NCBI GenBank assembly: GCA_964435065.1
Contig: CAYSXS010000003.1
Location: forward strand, 767 to 64,766
DNA from: an uncultured Gammaproteobacteria bacterium
GTDB lineage: Bacteria; Patescibacteriota; Patescibacteriia; UBA2196
Length of the DNA stretch: 64,000 nucleotides
Reading direction: 5' to 3'
Positions 39,727 to 49,391 of the stretch are shown piece by piece (positions within the stretch are counted from its first letter, which is position 1; each line of letters begins with the position of its first letter). The position numbers and the translations under genes were made by a program. Below the pieces are notes generated by a model. It did no database searches. It had not been told where the DNA came from and worked only from the letters and a program-made list of their open reading frames with translations.

Positions 39727-40458
39727 TCATGCTGTATATTTTTTTAATTCCTGAATTAATACTTTTTTAAAATCTTTTAATATGATTTGATGGCTTTTAG
39801 GTAAAAATATTTTTAACTCTTTCTTTATATCACCCTTGTAATTCTCAAATTTATTCAAAATCTCTGGAAATAAATCTTTTTGTTTATTGTTTAAATAGTC
39901 ATTTTTAATTAAAAAATATAAATCATACCAATCTCTAGGTTTACTACGTGCCATTAATGCAGCCAGTTTTCCGCTAACAACACCTTCTCGAGCTAAATGA
40001 TATATATCATAAGTGTTAATAAATTCATTTTTTATTTGACTTATTTCTTTTTTAACCCTCTCGCGACTAATCCTAAAAGAAATTTCTATCTTTAACTCTA
40101 ATACATACCCACTAAAAGAAAGATCTACTTTTGATATATACCCACCAGTTGTTTTCTTGGCTTCTTTAATTTCAACATCAAATCCAAAATTATCTAAATT
40201 CAAAAACACCTCAGTTAATAAACTTTCTATCTCTGGATAGGATATATTCTGGCAAGCAGTAAAATCTAAATCTTCTGAAAAACGCGGGCTATTAAAAACT
40301 AATCTTAGACAGGTTCCTCCTTTAAATAAGATTTTATCTGAATCTTCTTGTTTATATAACTCTGATAAAAAACAATGTTGAATATACTCTTGGGCAATTC
40401 TAGCTTCACCAACCTGATATCTAGTAGATAATTTCTTGATTTGTATTTGATTCATCAT
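39727..40458 (-). CDS. abiEii: AbiEii/AbiGii-family nucleotidyltransferase toxin (type IV TA / abortive infection)
   Basis: KILFKGGTCLRLVFNSPRFSEDLDFT matches the DUF1814/AbiEii signature. Confidence 0.75.
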   Translation of the reverse strand: MMNQIQIKKLSTRYQVGEARIAQEYIQHCFLSELYKQEDSDKILFKGGTCLRLVFNSPRFSEDLDFTACQNISYPEIESLLTEVFLNLDNFGFDVEIKEAKKTTGGYISKVDLSFSGYVLELKIEISFRISRERVKKEISQIKNEFINTYDIYHLAREGVVSGKLAALMARSKPRDWYDLYFLIKNDYLNNKQKDLFPEILNKFENYKGDIKKELKIFLPKSHQIILKDFKKVLIQELKKYTA

Positions 40459-41089
40459 ATGTTTGCTTAATTAATCGATCCAAACTTTTTCTCTTAAAGA
40501 TCTTAGAAAAATATATCAATTTTTTGTAATCTATCTTCTTAAGATCGATCCTGTCATTTAAAGCTTTTTTGCCTAAACTAACAAAATACAGATAATCAAC
40601 AAGGGCCTTTTCTGGTTCAGCGACATAAACAGATCTCCCGCCAATATCTTTTTTAATATAACCGGTAAAGTATTTTTTTTTGAAACGCGAATAAGAATAT
40701 ATAATATTGTTTACACTAAATTCCCTAGTTGCTTTAGTGGTTGCAGAAGTAATTGTATAAACCATTTCTGGAATAATATTGTAATACATCAAAGCATATT
40801 CAAAAGAAACATAAGAGGGCTCATACAACCTATTGGCTATTTCAAACTCATTTGGAGCAAATTTTTTATCAAAATATACTCCTCTTTTAATTTTTGTATA
40901 TAATCCTTTTTTTACATTCCTGGAAATAAACACCCTGGCAATATCATATGAAACATTAAAATATCTTTGCAAATCTAAAGGAGTAAAAATAAATTTTTCT
41001 TTATCTATAATTAAATTTTGGATTTCAGTGATACTTAGCTTCTTTTTCATATATTTAATGGATTCATTAATGAAACAATATTGTTTCAT
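40421..41089 (-). CDS. abiEi: AbiEi-family antitoxin/transcriptional regulator
   Basis: N-terminal winged-helix with a C-terminal domain; sits immediately upstream of abiEii and overlaps it by 38 nt. Confidence 0.6.
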   Translation of the reverse strand: MKQYCFINESIKYMKKKLSITEIQNLIIDKEKFIFTPLDLQRYFNVSYDIARVFISRNVKKGLYTKIKRGVYFDKKFAPNEFEIANRLYEPSYVSFEYALMYYNIIPEMVYTITSATTKATREFSVNNIIYSYSRFKKKYFTGYIKKDIGGRSVYVAEPEKALVDYLYFVSLGKKALNDRIDLKKIDYKKLIYFSKIFKRKSLDRLIKQTYDESNTNQEIIY

Positions 41090-41156
41090 TAATGAATTAG
41101 CTATTATTTTAATAATACCCTCTTTTTAACTAAAAATCAACCATATTATCCACACC

Positions 41157-42653
41157 CTACTCCTTAAAACTAATCAATATCCCTGCTGTAGCCCAAAAGT
41201 AGAAAGAAATAGTTCTAACTTCAAAATATGGACCAAAAAAGCTTTGTAAAGGATATATGATCAATATTCCCATAAAACCTAAAGCTAAACCTTTAGTTAA
41301 ATTATCTTTTGAATTTAAATATATTTTTCTTGTTTGTCTATATAACATAACAAACAAACCAAGCCATAACAATAATCCAATAGTTCCATATTCTCCCCAT
41401 AAACTCATCCAGTTATTATCAATTTGTCCATATCTATCTTGTACACCAAAAGGCATACCAAACTTCTCATATACCTGATATTGATTTAAACTAGCTGCTA
41501 CGCCACTTCCATAAGTACCAGGACCTACTCCAATTAATGGACTATATCTAACTACTCTTAAAGGAGTATTTACCCAAAAGAATATCCTACCATAACCATA
41601 ATAGCTATTCTGTAATTCATATTTAGAAAAGGATTGTAAAGCTCTTTTAGGTAAACTTAAACTACTAGAAGTTTCTTCATATGTTGTAGGATTAAAACCT
41701 GTAGACACTAAATATATACCAAAATATACAATTAAAAGAGATATCAAAAGAATCAAACTAATAACAACCTTCTTGTCTTTCTTTATCATAATCCCTATCC
41801 AAAACAAACCCAAAACCAATCCTAACCAAGATAATCTAGAAAAAGTAAATATTAAAGCAACCAAACCAATTAAAAATATACCAGACCACAATACTTTATC
41901 TAATTTCTTTCTAGAATAATATATTCCAATAGCTAAAATTAAAAAGAAAGATAAAAAGATTCCTAATTTATCATACCTACCAAAGGTCCCCGAAATTCTT
42001 TGAGACGCATCCCACCCTATACTTCCTGTATCAAGACTAGCTCCTCCTACAGATATCTCTGAACTACTAGGTAATAATAGATTACTATATGACTGAGGTA
42101 ATATTAACTGAGATAAACCAATACCTGCTTGCAAAACCAAAACCACAGCCATAACAATTACAAAGTTACGCACAAACTTTTTATTAACTCCTAAAAATAT
42201 TAGGAGATAAAAAATTAAAGCGTAACGTAATAATTGACGTAAAGACAGTAAACCAACAGATAACTCAACTGAGTTATAGAAAATGGAAATCAAACCAATA
42301 ACTAAAAAAAGAATAACAATCAAATCAATCCCGCTCTTTTTGTATTTAAATTTCCTTATTCCAGTTAAATATTGGAAACACAACAACAAGACCAACAAGA
42401 CAATCAACCCCTCACCAGCAAATCTAGCAAAAGCATAAATCTCCTCAGGGACAAACTTTAACAAAAATGTTTCAAAAGGCAGATATATAGATAAAAACAA
42501 AACTCCATTTAAAGGATTCTTTAAAGAAAAATATAAAACTAACAAAACACCAAACAAAACAAAAACAGCAACTGAAGACAAGAAGACAATTCCTAAAGCC
42601 AAAACCAAGGCTCCAACAAGCCATATCCAATTTTTCTTTAAAAACCTAAACAT
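41157..42653 (-). CDS. O-antigen ligase/polymerase (Wzy/WaaL-like) polytopic membrane protein
   Basis: About 12 TM helices with a large extracytoplasmic loop; typical architecture. Confidence 0.55.
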   Translation of the reverse strand: MFRFLKKNWIWLVGALVLALGIVFLSSVAVFVLFGVLLVLYFSLKNPLNGVLFLSIYLPFETFLLKFVPEEIYAFARFAGEGLIVLLVLLLCFQYLTGIRKFKYKKSGIDLIVILFLVIGLISIFYNSVELSVGLLSLRQLLRYALIFYLLIFLGVNKKFVRNFVIVMAVVLVLQAGIGLSQLILPQSYSNLLLPSSSEISVGGASLDTGSIGWDASQRISGTFGRYDKLGIFLSFFLILAIGIYYSRKKLDKVLWSGIFLIGLVALIFTFSRLSWLGLVLGLFWIGIMIKKDKKVVISLILLISLLIVYFGIYLVSTGFNPTTYEETSSSLSLPKRALQSFSKYELQNSYYGYGRIFFWVNTPLRVVRYSPLIGVGPGTYGSGVAASLNQYQVYEKFGMPFGVQDRYGQIDNNWMSLWGEYGTIGLLLWLGLFVMLYRQTRKIYLNSKDNLTKGLALGFMGILIIYPLQSFFGPYFEVRTISFYFWATAGILISFKE

Positions 42654-42693
42654 ATGTTAACTTAATTTTAACATTTTAGCAGAATTTGAGCAA

Positions 42694-42730
42694 AATAAAG
42701 AAGCGTTTTTCTCTGAGAGAAAAACGCTTC
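42694..42730 (-). terminator. intrinsic terminator of the island-2 operon
   Basis: GAAGCGTTTTTCTC-TGA-GAGAAAAACGCTTC followed by a T-rich tract on the minus strand. Confidence 0.55.
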
Positions 42731-42767
42731 AAAACCGTATGTAAAAAATTATAACATCATCGGTGAC

Positions 42768-44414
42768 TTACGGTGTGCCGCCAATAACTGTGGAGAAATG
42801 ATATTCTCCTCGGTTCCATATAACTTCCCCATCGCCAGTAAGACCAAACCAGGCCTTTGAAACATTCGGGTCAGGAGCGTTATAATCAAAACGTTCAATA
42901 TGTTTCTCAGACGTAAACGGTGCTAATCCGGTTGTTTGGTTGTATTCCGCATATTTGACATAAACTTCACGGAGTCCATCGTCATTCGGAAAAAGCACCC
43001 AATTCCAGACTGTATCGTTCACGACCGGTGTAAGCATAAATTCATAATAGTCATCCTGGTCACGAAGAACAACACCCTGAAGTTGATCCTTTGCCCAAAT
43101 TGTGTGCTCCCATTCTACGTTCTGACGAACGCGGAACACAAAATTTGTTGGGATATCGCCAGCGTTTGCAATTTCACCAGTCTGGCTATCGTATTCAATG
43201 CGCACCAGTTTACTACCATTAAACCACTCACGAATCGGAAACTGACTGAAATAATAGAGAGTACCGATTGTATCCGAGATATTAAAACTTGAATCCGGCA
43301 TACTCGGAATCCCTATTTCAAAAAAAGGATCCGAACCATCACCCATTTGATGTGCAAAGTATACATCTCTCCAGTTTCCATTAACTGAAACCCATTCCGT
43401 ACCATCATCTTGTACCTTACCCAAAGCTTTATTAATTTCATTCCAGCGACTATTGCCGTCTTGTGCTTTGCTAGATACTCTATAACGGAAATGATACATT
43501 GAATCAGTCGGGTAAATACCATCTTGATCAATATCACCATTCAAACGAATATTAACAAGACAAACCGGCCCTGAGCCCTGAACATTGGCGTTATATTTCG
43601 GTGCAAATGACTTTTTTGTACCATCAGGCATATGAATAACGATAGTAAATTCATAAAGTTCAACACCATCAGATACTGCAAAATACAAACCATTACCTAC
43701 AGCAGCATTAATACGTTGATCAATTAAGAAATGACCAATATACCGGACGTTATTACTGTCCAACGAAGCGTTGGTGGTATAAAATACGGTTCCACCAGTT
43801 TGAATTTTCATCAAACCAACCGGGTCAGTAACCTCAACGCTAAACTGTGTACCGGTTGTTTGCTGGGCCTGATACCAAGCATCCAGCTCTGGGTAACTTA
43901 CTGGTCGAACATTATATCCATCAAAAATAGCAGCTAAATCTCCACCATAAGAATCTCCAAATTGATCATAAGCGTGGGTATCCCATAAATACAGTTTAGA
44001 CGCCCAGTGTTTCATTAATTCTTCATCTGGCCATTTTTCGCCCTGAGTTCCGCCACAAAAATTCCATTTTTGCAAACCAGAATAACTTTTACGAACGCGA
44101 AACCAGTTATTGGCTGGACTTGTTGGTTGTACAATCCAATCGTCTGCTGAACCATATAGATAACAATCATCTCCCCAATTTTCTGGGGTACTTGATGTTC
44201 GAACCCAATGTTCATATTCAAAATGTGACGATGCGTTTTTTGCTGTGATTTTATAATCATCACTAGCGAAAACTAATGTCCAACCGTCTGGGGCTTCAAA
44301 ATCACCCGAATCAACAACTTCTTCTGGTTTATTGGGCGCTAATTTTTCACAGCCACCCAAAAACACAAAAGATACGATGGTTAAAATAACCAATACAAAA
44401 TACAATTTTTTCAT
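42768..44414 (-). CDS. hypothetical lipoprotein (higher-GC island)
   Basis: Signal peptide with lipobox LGGC; AGGAGA RBS; about 45% GC against about 28% in the flanks. Confidence 0.5.
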   Translation of the reverse strand: MKKLYFVLVILTIVSFVFLGGCEKLAPNKPEEVVDSGDFEAPDGWTLVFASDDYKITAKNASSHFEYEHWVRTSSTPENWGDDCYLYGSADDWIVQPTSPANNWFRVRKSYSGLQKWNFCGGTQGEKWPDEELMKHWASKLYLWDTHAYDQFGDSYGGDLAAIFDGYNVRPVSYPELDAWYQAQQTTGTQFSVEVTDPVGLMKIQTGGTVFYTTNASLDSNNVRYIGHFLIDQRINAAVGNGLYFAVSDGVELYEFTIVIHMPDGTKKSFAPKYNANVQGSGPVCLVNIRLNGDIDQDGIYPTDSMYHFRYRVSSKAQDGNSRWNEINKALGKVQDDGTEWVSVNGNWRDVYFAHQMGDGSDPFFEIGIPSMPDSSFNISDTIGTLYYFSQFPIREWFNGSKLVRIEYDSQTGEIANAGDIPTNFVFRVRQNVEWEHTIWAKDQLQGVVLRDQDDYYEFMLTPVVNDTVWNWVLFPNDDGLREVYVKYAEYNQTTGLAPFTSEKHIERFDYNAPDPNVSKAWFGLTGDGEVIWNRGEYHFSTVIGGTP

Positions 44415-44460
44415 TTCGCTTCTCCTAAAAATTTAAAGTTATTAAATGAATATTACTTAA

Positions 44461-45441
44461 TTATTTACCAAAATTGATACGTGCAGCAATTACAGGGGCA
44501 AAAGAATAATATTCCCCTTCTGTCACATCAATTGATGTATATGTGACCCCGCCACACAGCTCAAAACTAATTGTATCACTAACTGGAATATTTATTCCGG
44601 TCAGAATCTGACTTAATCCGTTGTAGTGATATAATGCGGTATCAGTCAGGTTATTAACTTTTTGACCGTAAAAAATACCAGCCTGGGCAGTCAACCATCC
44701 ATAGCGAAACTGCAATCCACCACCAACAAGAAATGAATAAATTTCTATGTTGGACAATGAATTAGTTGAAGCACTCATACTTCCAAAACCTCCCCATTCA
44801 AACTTATTACCGTTGGTCAGGGATAAACCTATCTCCATGTGGTTAAGATGACGATCCTCTTTAAATAAAATTGATCGCTCTCCAACAAACATCCTTATAT
44901 GAAGTGAAGGTTTTCCAAAGACTTTTTCTTCCAGTCCCTTAATACGGACATCAAAACCGTCATCAGCTTCAGCTCTTATTTTAGCCTCAGCTCGATCGCC
45001 GGCGATCCGTGCCGCTTTTTCCAGTCGATCAGCTTCTCGTCGAGCATCTCTTTCAGCTATTACAGCACCAAAAAAAGTATAATAGGTGTCATTTCTTACA
45101 AAATAAACCCCTCGTTGACCTTCGCCTCCGAAATATTCTTCGGTCCGGCTTACAACCCAGCCATATATATTAGCCATCGATTGGGCCAGCATTTTCCGTT
45201 TTTTGATTAACCTGGAGTCATAACCAGGAATCTTCGACGCCTCTTCACCACGGCTGGCACAAACGTGCATAATGACGCGAGTACCTTTCGGGAACATCCC
45301 GGCCTTGAGATAAGATGGCATCTTCTGAATCTGGTCGATTTCGGCAACAAAATGGTTCGACAATCTTCCGTTAATCTGAGCAGATAAGATGGTCGGCAAA
45401 AACACGACCAAAACGATAAAATAAATCAGTGATTTTTTCAT
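44461..45441 (-). CDS. hypothetical secreted protein (higher-GC island)
   Basis: Signal peptide ending ...LSAQ; internal charged helical segment; Gly/aromatic-rich C-terminal half. Confidence 0.45.
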   Translation of the reverse strand: MKKSLIYFIVLVVFLPTILSAQINGRLSNHFVAEIDQIQKMPSYLKAGMFPKGTRVIMHVCASRGEEASKIPGYDSRLIKKRKMLAQSMANIYGWVVSRTEEYFGGEGQRGVYFVRNDTYYTFFGAVIAERDARREADRLEKAARIAGDRAEAKIRAEADDGFDVRIKGLEEKVFGKPSLHIRMFVGERSILFKEDRHLNHMEIGLSLTNGNKFEWGGFGSMSASTNSLSNIEIYSFLVGGGLQFRYGWLTAQAGIFYGQKVNNLTDTALYHYNGLSQILTGINIPVSDTISFELCGGVTYTSIDVTEGEYYSFAPVIAARINFGK

Positions 45442-45554
45442 TTTTAATTACCTCATTTTAGATTGTGAATGTTCAGTTTTTTATCTTTTTGTTTTATTAC
45501 TCTCCCCCACAAATTAAATTTATGAGGGAATTGTTATAAAACAATGTATATATA

Positions 45555-47015
45555 TTAATAATATGTAAATCCAGTTGGATAAGAACCTAGTTCTGAATCT
45601 GAAACTGTGATTACATCAGCCCAATCATTACCATATCTACTAAATACAGATGCGTCAGCAATTGGTCTTTTTTCATTATCCCATACCCAATAAACTGTTG
45701 GGCCAGAACCTTTTAACAAAGTTCCATCAGGATATCTTGACCATGCATAGAATTCACCTGCAGTAGTAAATTGGTCAGCTTCGTCATAAGAAGCATTAGT
45801 TATGACTGGATGAGATTTAAATCTCTTTAAAGCATTTAAATCAGAGATATGTAGTTTTTGGTTATCACGAGTGATAACATAAACTTTACTATCTGGTGTT
45901 TTAAATAACTTGCCATATGAGAATTTTCTAACTTGAGCTCCTGCAATTACACCAGCATTAACGTCTTTACGTTTATCAAATGTGTACCAGTTCATTTCAC
46001 CAGCAACATATGAGAAAGGTATAGCCCAGTTACTAAGTTTAAATTCATCAATTTGACCATTTGTCCAAGCCATGTCATGACGGAAGTTATTACCAATCAT
46101 AATTTGACTAGGTAGATTAGATTTATCGTAAGCAACTTCATCGCGTCTACGACCATCTATATAAAGCTCTAAATTACCGTTATTTCTACCTTCCCAAGTC
46201 ATGGTAACTAAATGCCATTCACCTGGTGTCCAAACATTATCGCCTGAACCACGAGTATTGAAATGATAATAAGCTTCACCATCACCAACTCTAGCCACAA
46301 TACGACTAAAACTGTTAAAATTCTCTAAATACATAGCAAAGTTTGAATCATTAGTTTCCCAAACAACCATGTCTTTATTGAATTTTTCAATTCTTAACCA
46401 TGCGCTAGCATAACCACGGTCTGCACTAAAAGCTTTGTTATATGGATCATTGCCAAAGATTCTATCAGTGTTATAAGTTACATGACTATTGTCACTCTTA
46501 ACTTGTAAAGCACTGTTATATACAGCTGGTTTTACAAACTTTAAATCATTTTGATTTAAGATTTCAGCTGGTAAATCACCGTTATGACCATATAATGAAC
46601 TGTCAAAATCTACATAAAAAATGTCTTTGATTTCTTGAGTTCCTGAACCTTTAGTTTTAAATTCACCAGTTTCACTAGTTAATACTTTACCATTACTATC
46701 TTTAGCAACAGTTTGGTATTTATATGTAGTGTTTGGCTTAAGGTCTCTTAAAGTATATCTATGCCAATCAGTTCTTTTATCTGTAGTAATAACAGATCTA
46801 AGACCTTGACTTTGAGGACCATACTTTAATTCGCCTTCAATTGATTTGTTAGTATACCACTTTACACTTGCAGTAGTAGACTGTGCAGATACTGAAATAT
46901 TAAATATTTCTGTATCTTCAGCATTAACTCCTAAACTAGTTGGTAATAGTGTAATCACCATAGCTACCAATAGGCTAAGAGCAAATGTTTTTAATTTAAG
47001 GTTTTTCTTGTTCAT
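45555..47015 (-). CDS. secreted protein with fibronectin-III-like and concanavalin/LamG-like domains
   Basis: Signal peptide; FN3-like segment (KPNTTYKYQTVAKDSNGK); beta-sandwich-like C-terminal region. Confidence 0.45.
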   Translation of the reverse strand: MNKKNLKLKTFALSLLVAMVITLLPTSLGVNAEDTEIFNISVSAQSTTASVKWYTNKSIEGELKYGPQSQGLRSVITTDKRTDWHRYTLRDLKPNTTYKYQTVAKDSNGKVLTSETGEFKTKGSGTQEIKDIFYVDFDSSLYGHNGDLPAEILNQNDLKFVKPAVYNSALQVKSDNSHVTYNTDRIFGNDPYNKAFSADRGYASAWLRIEKFNKDMVVWETNDSNFAMYLENFNSFSRIVARVGDGEAYYHFNTRGSGDNVWTPGEWHLVTMTWEGRNNGNLELYIDGRRRDEVAYDKSNLPSQIMIGNNFRHDMAWTNGQIDEFKLSNWAIPFSYVAGEMNWYTFDKRKDVNAGVIAGAQVRKFSYGKLFKTPDSKVYVITRDNQKLHISDLNALKRFKSHPVITNASYDEADQFTTAGEFYAWSRYPDGTLLKGSGPTVYWVWDNEKRPIADASVFSRYGNDWADVITVSDSELGSYPTGFTYY

Positions 47016-47051
47016 AATATTTATCTTATTTACTTAATTATTAATAATTAT

Positions 47052-47825
47052 TTAATCTTCAAAATAATATTTCTTACCAGTTGGTTCAGACAACATTGTT
47101 TTAATTGGAGTTTCCTCCATTTCAGGATCAAAATCTGCATCTTTCGCTTGAAATCCTTCATTACTTATTTCTTTTGGAGTTTCTATTACATCTGAATTAA
47201 GATTTTGATCTGAAATTTTGTTATACCCTCTATACATCACATATCCAGAGCTTAAAACTAAACCTAATATTAAAGCTGAAAAAACATTCAAGATAATATT
47301 TGGTCTAACTGGATAGTTAGATACTAATGGAGTATTAACCATTTTAATAACAACTGAACTGCCACCACCGTGATATTCTTCAGAATCGTTAATTAAAACT
47401 GAAGCAATTGCTCTAGAAACTATTTCTGTCTGTGCTTTATCTTTGTTGTACACATTTACAGTCATGATTCCAGATTCTGGTGATACATTAGTATCAACCA
47501 TGTTTTGCCAAGTTTTTCTTAATTTACTTTCTTTCTCCGGCCAATCGATATTAATTCTGAATCCAGCATTTAATACTTTGTTATAGAAAGAATCAGTCTC
47601 AATAACATTGGCTAGATTAGACGCTAAACGTTCTGAAGCTCTAGCAGCAGCATAAGCATCTAAGTTCTGTGTTTGTCTTTGAACAATCAAAAACCCAGTC
47701 TTAGATCTATACTCAAATGGTTGAATCAAACTTGCGATGATGGTTAATAATACCAAAATAGCAGTAAACAATGCAACTACATTTAAGTTCTTTTTTATTA
47801 AGTTAAAATATGTATTTTTATTCAT
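47052..47825 (-). CDS. Wzz-like polysaccharide co-polymerase (chain-length determinant)
   Basis: N-terminal TM, periplasmic coil, C-terminal TM (VFSALILGLVLSSGYVMY). Confidence 0.5.
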   Translation of the reverse strand: MNKNTYFNLIKKNLNVVALFTAILVLLTIIASLIQPFEYRSKTGFLIVQRQTQNLDAYAAARASERLASNLANVIETDSFYNKVLNAGFRINIDWPEKESKLRKTWQNMVDTNVSPESGIMTVNVYNKDKAQTEIVSRAIASVLINDSEEYHGGGSSVVIKMVNTPLVSNYPVRPNIILNVFSALILGLVLSSGYVMYRGYNKISDQNLNSDVIETPKEISNEGFQAKDADFDPEMEETPIKTMLSEPTGKKYYFED

Positions 47826-48074
47826 AAGAGTTATATATATGGTATTTCGGCTAAAATTAGCCTTGAAAACACTATATCCACATGTTTCAAGATAATATCC
47901 AATATTAGCATATTATTTAGAATCTGTCAACTAACACTTCTCCACTTTATCATTATATATAGATACCCTAGTATCTTTAAAAGACATATATTAAGAATAT
48001 ATACAAAAAACACATATTAGTACCTATATTCAGCCAATATTAGCCCAAATACATACTTATTCACATAAAACCCC

Positions 48075-48190
48075 TTGACATATGTTAACATCTATGTTAT
48101 ATTAAAACCATCATAATTAAGAAGAGTTAAGAAGAGAGATAAACATATTGAGTATTTCTCTGCTTGGCAAAAATTTAGCCAAGTTTTTTC
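48075..48190 (+). ncRNA. candidate small RNA unit, about 80 nt: consensus promoter and intrinsic terminator with no ORF between them
   Basis: TTGACA (48075-80), 17-nt spacer, TATATT (48098-103), then CTTGGC-AAAAATTTA-GCCAAG TTTTTT (48165-48190). Confidence 0.25.
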
Positions 48191-48294
48191 ATTCCTATAC
48201 AGGATTGACAAAACTAAAAAATTATGCTAAATTAACTTATTAATTTGTACTTTCACAACTTAATATATACCTCTAAATATATCTCCTAAGATTA

Positions 48295-48343
48295 CACGAC
48301 ACTGGAACAGGATTCACTTCCCTTTTCAGTGTCGTGTAGTCTA
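48295..48343 (+). promoter_or_regulatory. leader hairpin (12-bp stem) in the 5' UTR of the 48389 gene; possible attenuator
   Basis: ACACGACACTG-(loop)-CAGTGTCGTGT followed by a U-rich tract; a second promoter-like TTGACA-N17-TAAATT lies at 48204-48232. Confidence 0.35.
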
Positions 48344-48388
48344 ATTAATTTAATTATTTTTTATCTAACTAAAACGGAGGTAAATCCG

Positions 48389-49336
48389 ATGAGAGATTTT
48401 TTTGATCTAAAAGGTGGTCTAATTATTGCCTTAGCTCTACTGCTCCTTGCTGTATGGTTAAGTATACCGTCACAACCAAATGATGTAGATGTAAATTGTT
48501 TTATGACTTTGGATGATGTTCGTGAAAACTTTAAAGCTGACATGAATAATTCCGATGTCAAAAAAACTGTTGATTCTTTGCTCACAGTTGAATTTGTGAC
48601 TAAAGAGAATTTGCTGGAAATTTGGGAAGGTCTCGCAACAGAGAGAAAGCATCTCGAAGATGTTGAAACTCTGAAACAAAACTTAACAAATTGTGATGAA
48701 TTGTCACCGGATCCGATGGTTTTTGAAGAAACTCCTACAACGACTGAAAGGATTTATAACCAGGTGTTCAGTGCTGAAACAATGACACCTGAAAGAGATT
48801 TTGATAATTTTAAAAGCTCTTTTGAATCAATCCGCCACAACCAGAGAGTTAAATTTGTTAAAGCTGTTGAAGAAGCCATTTTTGGTAGGTCAGGTGCTGA
48901 TTGGGTAAAATATGCTAAAGCCGTGTATAACATCTCACAAGATCAATACAAGGCAAGTATGTGGACGGCCTATTTTAATGTTATGTCGCCATATCTTGCA
49001 TATAACGATATCCATTCAAGCTGGGCGGAAAGCGAAGATGGAAAATCTAAACATAAAGTTGAAATTTTCAAAAACACATCTTTGGATTCTATGATGACTG
49101 CTAACGAAGGCAATTCCGATGAATTTAGTGTACGAGTACTTCGCCACGAAAAGCTTTTTCGTTTAATCGCGGAATACGCTAAAATTTTCTCCAATGATGA
49201 CATGGTGGTTGATTGGCAAGAAAGAATGAATTCTTATGTTATTGAAGACTTGCCACCAATTGGAGCTGTTGAAGCTGCTGCCGGTAAAAAAATTCCAACA
49301 AAAAAAGCTACTAAAAAAAGTGGCTTTAGTTATTAA
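48389..49336 (+). CDS. hypothetical membrane-anchored/secreted protein (mid-GC island)
   Basis: GGAGG RBS 9 nt upstream; signal-anchor LIIALALLLLAVWLSI; the track start 48329 is rejected. Confidence 0.5.
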   Translation: MRDFFDLKGGLIIALALLLLAVWLSIPSQPNDVDVNCFMTLDDVRENFKADMNNSDVKKTVDSLLTVEFVTKENLLEIWEGLATERKHLEDVETLKQNLTNCDELSPDPMVFEETPTTTERIYNQVFSAETMTPERDFDNFKSSFESIRHNQRVKFVKAVEEAIFGRSGADWVKYAKAVYNISQDQYKASMWTAYFNVMSPYLAYNDIHSSWAESEDGKSKHKVEIFKNTSLDSMMTANEGNSDEFSVRVLRHEKLFRLIAEYAKIFSNDDMVVDWQERMNSYVIEDLPPIGAVEAAAGKKIPTKKATKKSGFSY

Positions 49337-49391
49337 AAAATGATGTTTAACAAAAAATAATCTATCACAAAACTATTCTGGAGGCAAGATC

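Noticed and set aside
48329-48388. Track start MSCSLINLIIFYLTKTEVNP for the 48389 gene.
   Set aside because: It has no RBS and overlaps the leader hairpin. The ATG at 48389 has GGAGG-N9 spacing.
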